A stretch of DNA of 63,056 bases, filler included. It is 6 parts of 6 records of this genome, joined end to end, with 100 filler letters (N's around TTAATTAATTAA, not from the genome) between each part and the next. Parts side by side here need not be neighbours in the genome. Positions count along the whole stretch, not along the records: positions 37,686 to 50,243 come from SRR20825010_7207; positions 50,344 to 55,506 come from SRR20825010_7210; positions 55,607 to 63,056 come from SRR20825010_7211; 3 more parts are not named here. One strand, written 5' to 3'. Positions 48,180 to 57,781 of this stretch are shown here, one piece after another (position 1 is the stretch's first letter; each line of letters begins with the position of its first letter). The notes below the pieces were generated by a model. The model was not told the origin of the DNA and did no database searches. It saw only the letters and a list, made by a program, of their open reading frames with translations. The position numbers were made by a program, and so were the translations under genes.

Positions 48180-49604
48180 TTAAGAGAATTTCTTGCTCAA
48201 ATCCTCGATGTACTTTCTGAATTGTTTATCGGTCTCCGCAAGATTGTCCACCGTTTTGCATGCATGCAGTACGGTCGCGTGATCACGCTTTCCAATTTGT
48301 GAACCGATGCTCGCCAAAGAAGCCTTGGTGAATTTCTTTGCAAAGAACATGGCCAATTGTCTTGCCTGTACAATGTGGCGTTTTCTTGTTTTGGATTGAA
48401 GCGTGGCCACATCCATCTCGAAGTAATCCGATACTACTTTTTGGATGTAGTCGATGGATACTTCGCGCTTGGTGTTTTTCACGAACTTTTCCACTACTTG
48501 TTGGGCCAGTTCCAAAGTAACTTCGCGTTTATTGAAAGAGGATTGCGCTATCAATGAAATGATGGCACCTTCCAGTTCACGGATATTGGTCTTGATGTTC
48601 TTGGCCACGTGATCAATGATGTCATCGGGCATTTCAACCCCATCACGGTACAATTTGTTCTTTAAGATGGATACGCGGGTTTCGTAATCGGGGCTTTGCA
48701 GTTCTGCGGACAGTCCCCATTTAAAACGGGAAAGCAAACGCTGCTCAATGTCCTGCATATCCACAGGAGCTTTGTCCGATGTTAAAATTACCTGCTTGCC
48801 ATTTTGGTGCAAGTGGTTGAAAATATGGAAGAAAACGTCCTGTGTACCAGATTTTCCGGATAGAAATTGTACATCATCAATGATAAGTACGTCTATCAAC
48901 TGGTAAAAGTGGATGAAATCGTTTCGAGTATTCTTTTTTACCGACTCTATATATTGTTGGGTGAATTTCTCCGCAGAAATATAGAGTACGGTCTTTTCCG
49001 GATACTTGTCTTTTATTTCAACACCAATGGCGTGGGCCAAGTGGGTCTTTCCCAAACCAACTCCACCGAAAACCAATAATGGGTTAAAGGATGTTCCTCC
49101 CGGTTTGTTGGCCACGGCCATACCGGCCGACCTTGCCAAACGGTTGGAGTCGCCTTCCAGAAAATTATCGAAATTATAATTGGGATTTAACTGGGATTCA
49201 ATTTTGATGTTTCGAATACCGGGAATCACAAATGGATTTTTAAGCTCTGGACTTTTGGAGGTAATCGGCACATCCAATTCTTGCGGTCCCACAGCGGTAC
49301 GGTTAGAACTTGGAATCTGTTCCGTAAAAGGTTCCTTGTTACCGTATTTGTTCTCCATTTTTATAACGTAGATCAACTTGGCATTGCTGCCCAATTCACG
49401 GGTCATGGCAACTTTAAGGAGCTTTACATAATGTTCTTCGAGCCATTCGTAGAAAAACTTGCTGGGCACTTGAATGCTCAGTGCCTTATCTGTCAATTTT
49501 ATAGGCTTAATGGGTTCAAACCATGTTTTGAATGCCTGCGGTTGGATGTTATCTTGGATAAAAGCCAAACAGTTGTTCCATACGGAATTAGCAGTAGCAC
49601 TCAT
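48180..49604 (-). CDS. dnaA: Chromosomal replication initiator protein
   Basis: GGVGLGKTHL, IIDDVQF, RLLSRFKWGL, NIRELEGA, RDHATVLHA. Confidence 0.98.
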   Translation of the reverse strand: MSATANSVWNNCLAFIQDNIQPQAFKTWFEPIKPIKLTDKALSIQVPSKFFYEWLEEHYVKLLKVAMTRELGSNAKLIYVIKMENKYGNKEPFTEQIPSSNRTAVGPQELDVPITSKSPELKNPFVIPGIRNIKIESQLNPNYNFDNFLEGDSNRLARSAGMAVANKPGGTSFNPLLVFGGVGLGKTHLAHAIGVEIKDKYPEKTVLYISAEKFTQQYIESVKKNTRNDFIHFYQLIDVLIIDDVQFLSGKSGTQDVFFHIFNHLHQNGKQVILTSDKAPVDMQDIEQRLLSRFKWGLSAELQSPDYETRVSILKNKLYRDGVEMPDDIIDHVAKNIKTNIRELEGAIISLIAQSSFNKREVTLELAQQVVEKFVKNTKREVSIDYIQKVVSDYFEMDVATLQSKTRKRHIVQARQLAMFFAKKFTKASLASIGSQIGKRDHATVLHACKTVDNLAETDKQFRKYIEDLSKKFS

Positions 49605-49806
49605 AGAAGTTTTTCCTTGTTTTAATGGTTAGCTTTAATACTTAAGAGCAAGCATCTAAAGGGTTACAAGATGCTCATTGGATGCGACAAATATGTGAAC
49701 AATTCTTTTAAAAAAAAAATCAATTTGTCATTGAAAGTTTTGTTTTTTTTTCGCATGTTACCCTCAAAATAAGCAAGCCACTAAATATATAATTTTTCAG
49801 TTAAAA

Positions 49807-50205
49807 ATGGGTCTAAATTCATATTCTTTTCGGGTTCGGTATGCAGAAACCGACCAAATGGGGGTTGTTTATCATGGAAACTACGCACAGTATTTTGAAA
49901 TGGGTCGAGTGGAGTGGTTAAGGGCCATGGGAATCACTTACAAAAGCATGGAAGATAACGGGATAATGTTGCCCGTAATTTCTTTACATATTGACTACAA
50001 AAAGTCTGCGGTTTATGATGATTTGTTGACCGTGCGTACCAAATTAAAGTCAAAACCCTTGGTTAAAATTGAATTTGATTATGATCTTTTGAACGAAGAA
50101 GGGGAGTTATTGGCAACCGCAAACACGGTTTTAGCCTTTATGGACAAAAAAGCGGGACGCCCCATAAAATGTCCTGATTATATCTTGGAGAAATTGGAAG
50201 ATTGA
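49807..50205 (+). CDS. Acyl-CoA thioesterase (YbgC/FadM hot-dog fold)
   Basis: RVRYAETDQMGVVYHGNY. Confidence 0.93.
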   Translation: MGLNSYSFRVRYAETDQMGVVYHGNYAQYFEMGRVEWLRAMGITYKSMEDNGIMLPVISLHIDYKKSAVYDDLLTVRTKLKSKPLVKIEFDYDLLNEEGELLATANTVLAFMDKKAGRPIKCPDYILEKLED

Positions 50206-50213
50206 TTTTTTAT

Positions 50214-50243
50214 GAGTCAGGAGTCAGGAGTCAGGAGTCAGGA
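50214..50243. repeat. Heptamer tandem repeat (GAGTCAG)x4+, running into the contig end
   Basis: Four perfect copies plus GA, read directly. Confidence 0.95.
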
Positions 50244-50343
50244 NNNNNNNNNNNNNNNNNNNNNNNNNNNNNNNNNNNNNNNNNNNNTTAATTAATTAAN
50301 NNNNNNNNNNNNNNNNNNNNNNNNNNNNNNNNNNNNNNNNNNN
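50244..50343. other. Artificial contig linker
   Basis: N44-TTAATTAATTAA-N44. Confidence 0.98.
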
Positions 50344-50553
50344 GGTAGCCATATCCGTAGTCGTCCTTAGTTTAGTAAGCGCATTTCCCTTTTGAGGAAC
50401 TGCTAGATAATCGTCCCTACAATACACCCGAAAAGAGCATGATTTCTATCAACCAGAAAGCAACCATGCCCTCGCAAGATGTACTGCACCGTTTCAATAA
50501 TTACCGAATTTTGGCCTTAGTGCAATGGATTCATGTATGAAGTTCTTTTTTCG

Positions 50554-51269
50554 CTACCAACCATTCATAACCGTGTAACGGCTTTCATCTGGTTGCGATT
50601 GTCGCAAGCTCGACACCCCCATAGATGAATCGAAGCCATTGATAAATTCACGCAAGGGTTCTGTATCCCGACAAATAAGAGACAAATTTACGGTTATCAC
50701 AGGCGGAAGATCGGCCTGAACAATTTCGGTTCTGCCATACATTCGAATTCCCCTACGATGGCATCAAGACGGCCCGCGACCAGCAATTCGACAGCCTGAT
50801 CCAGATTCCTAAGATCATGCCAATGAATTTCAGAGCTTAAGGGAACATCCGGCCTTGGTAAATTGGCAAGGATCCCGACATTCACAACCGGCAAAGATCG
50901 AAGATCAACACCCTCGCGGCGAAATAACCTTAATTCAAAACGGATCTTGCTTTGCGTTGCGATGCTATTTTCAAAACCCGCCTGGTCTGATCCCATCACG
51001 CAATCGATTTCGCCACTTTCCAAGATTTCCTGAAATCGATTGTAAGGAAGTGATTCAAATATCACAGGACGCTTTTGTGCCAGAAGTTGGGTCACAAACT
51101 TTCGCTGTTCTGGAAGCGCATGCGCAAGCCAGTTTGCATCAAACCCGATATTGCTTGCGATCCGAACGGGGCCTTCTGCATGTGCGGAAACAGGAAAGCA
51201 AAGCAGGCCAAACAACACAACCAGATACTGGCATAGGAAGCCTGAAGAACACTTGCCCTGATGTTTCAA
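50554..51269 (-). pseudogene. Frameshifted exported solute-binding-like protein (type 2 periplasmic binding fold)
   Basis: TTG at 51269 with AGGGAG RBS and signal peptide; ORF 50697-51317 and ORF 50554-50742 together match the neighbouring paralogue; the frame changes near 50745. Confidence 0.72.
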
Positions 51270-51473
51270 TTCGCGCTCCCTGTGTAGCTGCAAAACAGCA
51301 TTCTGAACTCTTTTCAAGAGCCTGCTTCGTGAGAACCGTGCCTCGAATATACGTGTAACAACAAGCTTTGGCTCACCGGCGACTGAAACACACGGCTCTG
51401 CTGCCAGCAGTCACGTGGCGACGGCCAGAGGTTACGTCAACGCACTAGGTTGGACGAAGCCAGTACCGTCCCA

Positions 51474-52229
51474 TCAGGAAACATTGTTCCTTTTTCCCAG
51501 TCTGCCTTCAAAGGTACGGCTGTCGCTATTGTCATATTCATGGCGCAAACGCGCATCGAAGGCGGCAAGGAACGTACGGGCAGACGGGGTGTCGTGACAT
51601 TGCAAAGTCAGGTCAACGGCATGAACCGGCGGGAATGGCATTTCTTCGATCACGGGATCACCATCAAAAAAACCGTTATGAGCAATCAGCACATCAATCC
51701 GGCCGATCTTGATCAAATCAGTTCCCTGTTGGATCGTCCTTAAACCATACCATTCAACCGGCTCAACAAATGGCAAATCAAATCGGGGCAAGGTGGCAAG
51801 ATATCCAGCTGTGATTGTGTCCCGCTTTAGAAGGTTTTCGCCACGCCGTCCAAACATCACCATCTCGAAGCGGATCTCATGGTCGGAAAAGACCTTTCCC
51901 TCTCTTGGGAAATACGTCGGGCCAACAATACAATCAAGATCGCCGCTTTCGTACAGACCAACCAGGCGGTCATACGGCACCCCATCATTCCACTCAATAT
52001 TCGGCGCCGATAGTAATGCGTCGTAAAATATGAACTGGGAATCGGTAAGGCGGCTTTGCCATTCCGGTGTCGCCAAAGCAACATTCCCGACTTTTACGGG
52101 CACAGAAACGCCTGACGACACCGACACACCTGTGGCATTGGCATCACTTACGACAATCCCCGCCAGCCCTTTGACGCCAAAAACCAGCAACGCCCCAATC
52201 AATAATGATCGCAAAAACACCATATCCAT
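51474..52229 (-). CDS. Exported solute-binding-like protein (family 3 / type 2 PBP-like); start uncertain
   Basis: Hydrophobic N-terminus; PYDRLVGLYESGDLDC and LIKIGRIDV segments resemble family 3 solute-binding proteins. Confidence 0.68.
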   Translation of the reverse strand: MDMVFLRSLLIGALLVFGVKGLAGIVVSDANATGVSVSSGVSVPVKVGNVALATPEWQSRLTDSQFIFYDALLSAPNIEWNDGVPYDRLVGLYESGDLDCIVGPTYFPREGKVFSDHEIRFEMVMFGRRGENLLKRDTITAGYLATLPRFDLPFVEPVEWYGLRTIQQGTDLIKIGRIDVLIAHNGFFDGDPVIEEMPFPPVHAVDLTLQCHDTPSARTFLAAFDARLRHEYDNSDSRTFEGRLGKRNNVS

Positions 52230-52531
52230 GATCCTGACGGCAAACTTGGTGATTATGGGCATGTGGCGCGGGGCACGTCTCACTTCAAGAAGCTGTTGTG
52301 CTCAGTCACTTGATTGCCCACATGAAAGAAATGTCTGATTTTGTCATTTTTCATCAGACAGTTTCACGTGACAATCACCTACTGTTCGAACGATGATAGG
52401 CAAAAGATAGTAAAACGCGTAAATGTTAATGGCAGACGCGTCCTTCAACGGCATCAGCGATAAGATGCGAGAAACACAAAACGGGACACTGATACCTAAA
52501 TGGGAAAGACTTTCGGATCGGAAATTAGGCA

Positions 52532-53557
52532 GTGACAGCGACAACCAAGATCGCAAACCCGCGTGACATTGCACATAACGTCATGATGCTTATCGAAGAA
52601 CTCAACTTGCAGCCGACGCCGCAGGTTTATCATGTGTTTTATAGCTACCTTACAAATGAAGTCCCGGAACTCAGCCAGCTTATTAAAGTTCTCATCCGCA
52701 ATACTCAGGAACTTGATGAGGAGACCGTTTTTCGGATTTACCACAAGTATCTGGGAACGCATGCGCTACAGCAGCACATTAATCAGGGCGTAGAAGGACT
52801 TCAGGCCGCCGTTGAGCGTGTGGAAGAAGCCGTTCATACGGTTATGCGCGACACTGAACAGTTTTGTAGCGAATTAGATACGGCATCCCATCGACTGCTT
52901 ACTGATGACATCACCCTTGAGGATGCCCGTACTGTCAGCCGCAGCCTTTCTGACACAACCAGCAAGGCGCGGGATTGTTTTGGCTCTTTTAACGGTAATC
53001 TTGAAGAATACCACAATGAAGTCCGCCGGGTTCGCACCGAGCTTGAGATGGTGCGCCGTGATGCCATGACCGATACGCTCACGGGAATTGCCAACCGCAA
53101 GAACTTTGACACGTCCTTGCGTGATGCCGTGACAACTACCATGGAATCCGGGGCGTCATTGTCCTTGCTGATGATCGATATCGATCACTTCAAAGACTTT
53201 AACGACAATTTCGGACACCGTGCCGGTGACGGCGTTCTCAAGGCGGTCGCACGCGTCTTGGTACGCTCGACCAAAGGTGCCGATACGGTTGCCCGATATG
53301 GCGGCGAGGAATTCGCAATCATATTGCCGGACACATCCAAGGAAAACGCCGCAAAACTGGCGAACAAGTTACGGGATAATGTGTCAAACCAACGCATTAT
53401 AAATAAAAAAACTGGCAAGGATTTCGGTAAGTTAACCGTTTCTATTGGCTTGACGTCCTACCAGCTAGGGGAGAATATACTTGAGTTTGTTGACCGTGCT
53501 GACAATGCGCTCTATCAGGCAAAACAGGAAGGAAGAAATACCTGTATTTTGCACTGA
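52532..53557 (+). CDS. Cytoplasmic diguanylate cyclase (GGDEF) with N-terminal helical/coiled-coil domain
   Basis: DTLTGIANR, DIDHFKDFNDNFGH, RYGGEEF, ADNALYQAK. Confidence 0.95.
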   Translation: MTATTKIANPRDIAHNVMMLIEELNLQPTPQVYHVFYSYLTNEVPELSQLIKVLIRNTQELDEETVFRIYHKYLGTHALQQHINQGVEGLQAAVERVEEAVHTVMRDTEQFCSELDTASHRLLTDDITLEDARTVSRSLSDTTSKARDCFGSFNGNLEEYHNEVRRVRTELEMVRRDAMTDTLTGIANRKNFDTSLRDAVTTTMESGASLSLLMIDIDHFKDFNDNFGHRAGDGVLKAVARVLVRSTKGADTVARYGGEEFAIILPDTSKENAAKLANKLRDNVSNQRIINKKTGKDFGKLTVSIGLTSYQLGENILEFVDRADNALYQAKQEGRNTCILH

Positions 53558-53769
53558 TCTGCAAACGCGCAAAATGGCGAAAATCAAGTCAACAAGCGCC
53601 TAAATCTCTGACAAAAGAGACCGATACAACAATAGTTACAATTAGAAAAAGACATCGAGCTAACACAGGTGTCCTGACGGGCCATAATCTACAGGTTTGA
53701 ACCTCTTACAATCACACCTGGGATGTACAACATAATAAGTACAAAGGCTTTGCAGGGCGGAGCAACCAT

Positions 53770-54804
53770 ATGAAGACACCCAAAACCGAACGCAAGATCG
53801 AGCTTGAACACAAGATTTTCAAAACGTTCGAAGAATGTCATTTTCAGAAGTCTGATATTTCAGACGAAGCTCTTTTTGTCCTTAAAATGGCAGAAGGTTC
53901 TGTTGTGTCTTTGCCACTTCTCGCCATTTGTCGCGAATTCGACATTGATCCTGAGTCCAAGGATGGCGACCTTATCAGCCTGATCGACAAGTCCCTTAAC
54001 TTCATTAATATCCTGCGTCCCGGGGATAATCTTCCGCTTGAAGTCCTGACCGGTGAAGCATCATGGGAAGTCGATGAAGCCCATCAGGCGATTGCCTATA
54101 ATCGTATTACCATGCAGTTGGTGACCTGGATGTCAGGGAGTGAAGAACTCATCACCGACCCGGACGAACTGATGCAGATCGCCGAAGACCCGAACACCAA
54201 GAAAAAGATCAACCAGGCTTTTGACGAAGTTGCCGAAAAACTCGGTATCGGCAAAGGAAACCGCGAAGAAGTCGTCAGTCTTGTTCATCAGGTTGCGGAT
54301 GAACTGTCCTATATTGAGACGCTTCGCGTGCGGTATCGCAAAATCTTGATGGTTGATCGTAAACTGCAGGATCTGCGCCGGATTTACGCCCATGAAAAGG
54401 GCATTCTTGAAACCGTCACGCAATCCATCCGACTGCTTGATGACGCCAAGAAAAAATTCGAGACAACCTTTGAAGAAGTTGACGCCAATACGGGCGAAAT
54501 CATGTCTGTTTTGCGTAACTTCACATCACAGCGCCAATATATTCGCGCCAAACGTGATGACCTGTATAAGCGCCTGCGTGCATGGCAGCCGCTGATCATT
54601 CAGTGGGAAGAACTTGAACTTGAACGCGGTCCGCTTGCCGTGCGGCTGGTCAAGGACACTTATCAGTTCCTTGCCCCACGGTTTATGAAGGTCAAGCAAT
54701 GGCTGCTGATGACCAAGATGCAAGATGGCATTGCATCGGGTCAGAACTTCAAGAATGAAGATGATCGCATGGGCGCGCTTAAAGGCAAAATGATGCAGTG
54801 GTAA
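53770..54804 (+). CDS. Hypothetical helical protein (344 aa)
   Basis: Long ORF with GGAG RBS and a downstream terminator; no motif recognised. Confidence 0.8.
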   Translation: MKTPKTERKIELEHKIFKTFEECHFQKSDISDEALFVLKMAEGSVVSLPLLAICREFDIDPESKDGDLISLIDKSLNFINILRPGDNLPLEVLTGEASWEVDEAHQAIAYNRITMQLVTWMSGSEELITDPDELMQIAEDPNTKKKINQAFDEVAEKLGIGKGNREEVVSLVHQVADELSYIETLRVRYRKILMVDRKLQDLRRIYAHEKGILETVTQSIRLLDDAKKKFETTFEEVDANTGEIMSVLRNFTSQRQYIRAKRDDLYKRLRAWQPLIIQWEELELERGPLAVRLVKDTYQFLAPRFMKVKQWLLMTKMQDGIASGQNFKNEDDRMGALKGKMMQW

Positions 54805-54830
54805 AACATGGATCTGCCCTCCAAAATAAC

Positions 54831-54859
54831 AAAGGCGCGGAACATAAACCGCGCCTTTT
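54831..54859. terminator. Terminator between convergent hypothetical genes
   Basis: AAAGGCGCGG-N8-CCGCGCCTTTT. Confidence 0.8.
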
Positions 54860-54899
54860 GTATATTTTGCTTGCCGATAGAGCCTTTATCAATCGATCC

Positions 54900-55226
54900 C
54901 TAGTCCGGGCGCATGGTAATTTTCAATGCGACATGCCCGTCAATCACGGTAATTGATTTTGCGGCATGTGCGGGAACAGGCACCCTTCGGTCAATACAAT
55001 AAGCAATCATCGCAGCCGCCAATTGCGCACCGGATGTTGGAACAACCGTCTTTTCCCCTGCGTCAGAGGTAATCACCATCCGTGCGACGACTTCCGGGGT
55101 TCGCTCGATTTCAAAACTGCTGATTTGGCCGGGCGGCATCGCCTTGCCGGTACGCTGCCCATGGGCAATAAGCGCCTTGATCAGTTCGCCATCTTCAAAA
55201 ACAATGCAGCGCAGTTCACGCATCAC
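54900..55226 (-). CDS. Hypothetical protein (108 aa)
   Basis: MRELRCIVF...LAAAMIAYCIDRRVPVPAHAAKS; AGGA RBS upstream; the start may be the ATG at 55223. Confidence 0.75.
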   Translation of the reverse strand: MMRELRCIVFEDGELIKALIAHGQRTGKAMPPGQISSFEIERTPEVVARMVITSDAGEKTVVPTSGAQLAAAMIAYCIDRRVPVPAHAAKSITVIDGHVALKITMRPD

Positions 55227-55354
55227 TGATCATCCTGCAATAATTATTTTATGACATATAGTTACGACAGACCGACAAAACAAACATTAACAAACCAAAA
55301 AACAACGACTTCTTGGCGCTTCAACGCTGGAAACGAGAACTGAACAATAGACGA

Positions 55355-55506
55355 TTAGCTGGTCGCCAACCACACACCAACGCCGATCATCAACGTACCG
55401 GCAACCCGGTTCAAGACGCGGACATTGCCGCTTTTTTCAAGGAACTTGCGCAAAGACCGACCGCCCGTCGCATAGAGCGTCATACAAATCAGTTCCGTGA
55501 CCAGAA
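55355..55506 (-). CDS. C-terminal end of a LysE/RhtB family exporter, 5' truncated
   Basis: Not in the ORF track; my translation is LVTELICMTLYATGGRSLRKFLEKSGNVRVLNRVAGTLMIGVGVWLATS-stop. Confidence 0.75.
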
Positions 55507-55606
55507 NNNNNNNNNNNNNNNNNNNNNNNNNNNNNNNNNNNNNNNNNNNNTTAATTAATTAANNNNNNNNNNNNNNNNNNNNNNNNNNNNNNNNNNNNNN
55601 NNNNNN
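55507..55606. other. Artificial contig linker
   Basis: N44-TTAATTAATTAA-N44. Confidence 0.98.
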
Positions 55607-56986
55607 GGTGCGACGGGCGCGCTGGCCGTGGTCATGGTGGCACTGGTCGCGCAGCACGGCGTTGAATACCTGTTTGCCACCGTGGTCCTGATGGGCATCC
55701 TGCAATTGATCGCGGGCGCGCTGCAATGGGGCAAGTTCATCCGGCTTGTGCCGCATCCGGTCATGCTGGGCTTTGTTAACGGGCTGGCGATCGTGATCTT
55801 TCTTGCCCAGTTGGGTCAGTTCAAAGTGCCGGGAACAATGGAAAACACCGGACATGGCGTTGGCGGCGGCGAATGGCTCTCGGGCATGCCCCTGTACCTG
55901 ATGCTGGGCCTAACCGCGCTGACTATGGCCATCATCTGGGTGATGCCCAAAATCAGCAAGGTGGTGCCGGCACCCTTGGTCGGTATCTTTGTCGTCGCCG
56001 CGCTGGTGATCGGCTTTGGGCTGGAGGTCCCGCGCGTTGGAGACCTTGCCTCGATCCAGGGTGGGCTGCCGTCCTTCCATTTGCCGGCTGTCCCTTTGAA
56101 TTTGGAAACGCTTGAAATCATCTTGCCGTATGCGGTGATCCTTGCAGCCATCGGGTTGATTGAATCGCTGCTGACGCTGAACCTTGTCGGTGAGATGACG
56201 GGCAAGCGTGGCGGTGCCAGCCAAGAGTGCATGGCACAGGGCGCGGCCAATGTGTTGACCGGGTTCTTTGGCGGCATGGGCGGTTGCGCCATGATCGGTC
56301 AGTCGATGATCAACGTGAAATCGGGCGCGCGCACGCGGGTTGCCGGGATCGCGGCGGCGCTGTTCCTGCTGATCTTCATCCTCTTTGCCTCGCCGCTGAT
56401 CGAACTCATTCCGCTGGCGGCATTGGTTGGGGTGATGTTCATGGTGGTGATCGGGACGTTCGCGTGGAATTCTCTGACCATCCTGACAAAAGTCCCGCTG
56501 ATGGATGCCTTTGTCATTCTGTTGGTAACGGTTGTCACGGTGATGGAAGACCTTGCCGTTGCCGTTGTGGTGGGGGTGATCGTCTCTGCTCTGGCCTATG
56601 CGTGGAACAACGCACGCCGGATTGACGCCCACACGCGCGAGTCGGAAACGGACCTTGGCGCTAAGGTCTACGAGATCCGTGGCCCGCTGTTCTTTGGCTC
56701 TTCCGAAGGGTTTGGAGAGCTGTTCGACATCGAGAATGACCCCGAAACCGTGATCGTTGATTTCAAAGAAAGTCGCGTGGTCGACCAATCGGCCTTGCAG
56801 GCCATCGAGGCGCTCGCCGGGAAGTATGAGGCCGCAGGCAAACGGATCAAGCTGCGCCATCTGAGCCGTGACTGTCACAGGTTGCTGACAAAGGCGGGGC
56901 ATCTGATGGTCGATAGCGACGATGATCCCGATTATGAGATCGCGGTCGATTACAATGTGCGGACAGGGATCTTGGGCGGGCACTGA
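55607..56986 (+). CDS. SulP family inorganic anion transporter with STAS domain, 5' truncated
   Basis: Frame is open from the contig start (GATGALAVV); PVMLGFVNGLA, GGCAMIGQS, GPLFFGS. Confidence 0.94.
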   Translation, partial: GATGALAVVMVALVAQHGVEYLFATVVLMGILQLIAGALQWGKFIRLVPHPVMLGFVNGLAIVIFLAQLGQFKVPGTMENTGHGVGGGEWLSGMPLYLMLGLTALTMAIIWVMPKISKVVPAPLVGIFVVAALVIGFGLEVPRVGDLASIQGGLPSFHLPAVPLNLETLEIILPYAVILAAIGLIESLLTLNLVGEMTGKRGGASQECMAQGAANVLTGFFGGMGGCAMIGQSMINVKSGARTRVAGIAAALFLLIFILFASPLIELIPLAALVGVMFMVVIGTFAWNSLTILTKVPLMDAFVILLVTVVTVMEDLAVAVVVGVIVSALAYAWNNARRIDAHTRESETDLGAKVYEIRGPLFFGSSEGFGELFDIENDPETVIVDFKESRVVDQSALQAIEALAGKYEAAGKRIKLRHLSRDCHRLLTKAGHLMVDSDDDPDYEIAVDYNVRTGILGGH

Positions 56987-57020
56987 CGCGCGCCCATGTG
57001 GTCGATCCCGTATGGGAAGC

Positions 57021-57050
57021 GAAAAGGGCGTCCTGCAGGACGCCCTTTTC
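57021..57050. terminator. Perfect 30-bp palindrome, probable bidirectional terminator
   Basis: GAAAAGGGCGTCCTG|CAGGACGCCCTTTTC between the convergent SulP and acetyltransferase genes. Confidence 0.85.
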
Positions 57051-57064
57051 CTTTTATTATACGT

Positions 57065-57718
57065 TTACGTCGGCGCAAAATTGGCTAATGCAGCAACGTC
57101 GCCCGCCTCCAGCACCGGACGGGCGGCGGAGACGTTCTCGGGCGGCCAGTCCCACCAGCGCAGCGCGTTTAGCAGGGCGATTTCGTCCGGCGTAAAACGC
57201 AGTCTGACAATCTGTGCCGGATTCCCGGTGACGATGGCGTAGTCGGGGACAGTGCCACGCACGACCGATCCTGCGCCGACAATCACACCGTTGCCGATCG
57301 TTGCACCCGGCAGGATCAACGCTCCGTAGCCGATCCAGACATCGTGGCCGACCGTCGTGTCGCGGGTGTCCGGTTGAAAACCCAACATGGTTTCCGGGTC
57401 AAAGACCGCAAAGGGAAACGTGCTGATCCCGTCGGTTGCGTGGTTGGCGGAACTGCCGATAAAGCGGACTCCGTTAGCGATCTGGCCGTATTTGCCAATC
57501 GTCAGTTTCTCTTGACTGAAGGGAAACAGGTAGGGCGCCAAACGACCCGCCCAATCGTCGGGCGGGTCAAAGTCCGAGGCATAAGTGAAATCGCCGACCT
57601 CGAACCGCGGATGGTCGATGACGTTTTTCAGATTAACCGTGCCGCGATGTGGGCTGCCGTCAGGCAGAGTGATGGGATAGGCCGTGTCGGCCCCGGGCAG
57701 GACTGAAGGGACGGGCAT
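57065..57718 (-). CDS. Vat/CatB-type xenobiotic O-acetyltransferase (hexapeptide repeat)
   Basis: VGDFTY, IGKYGQIA, ANH, STFPF, VGHDVWIG, VPDYAIVTGNPA, WWDWP. Confidence 0.92.
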   Translation of the reverse strand: MPVPSVLPGADTAYPITLPDGSPHRGTVNLKNVIDHPRFEVGDFTYASDFDPPDDWAGRLAPYLFPFSQEKLTIGKYGQIANGVRFIGSSANHATDGISTFPFAVFDPETMLGFQPDTRDTTVGHDVWIGYGALILPGATIGNGVIVGAGSVVRGTVPDYAIVTGNPAQIVRLRFTPDEIALLNALRWWDWPPENVSAARPVLEAGDVAALANFAPT

Positions 57719-57725
57719 GATGCCT

Positions 57726-57781
57726 CCTTTGAACGCTGGGAAAAGTCAGGGGTTCAAAGGTGCTGGTCCATCGGTGCCTCC
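57726..57781 (-). promoter_or_regulatory. Leader peptide (MDQHL, 57771-57754) plus SD-sequestering hairpin: putative translational attenuator
   Basis: Minus strand GGAGG-CACCG-ATG GAC CAG CAC CTT TGA; CCTTTGAAC (57760-57752) pairs with GTTCAAAGG (57734-57726), which overlaps the AAAGGAGG SD of the acetyltransferase. Confidence 0.75.

Noticed and set aside
50344-50370. ATG GCT ACC with an AAGGA RBS on the minus strand at the contig start
   Set aside because: Probably a gene start, but three codons cannot support a call.
53666-53720. CAGGTGT/ACACCTG inverted repeat upstream of the 344-aa gene
   Set aside because: Only 7 bp with a 41-nt loop; no riboswitch consensus recognised.
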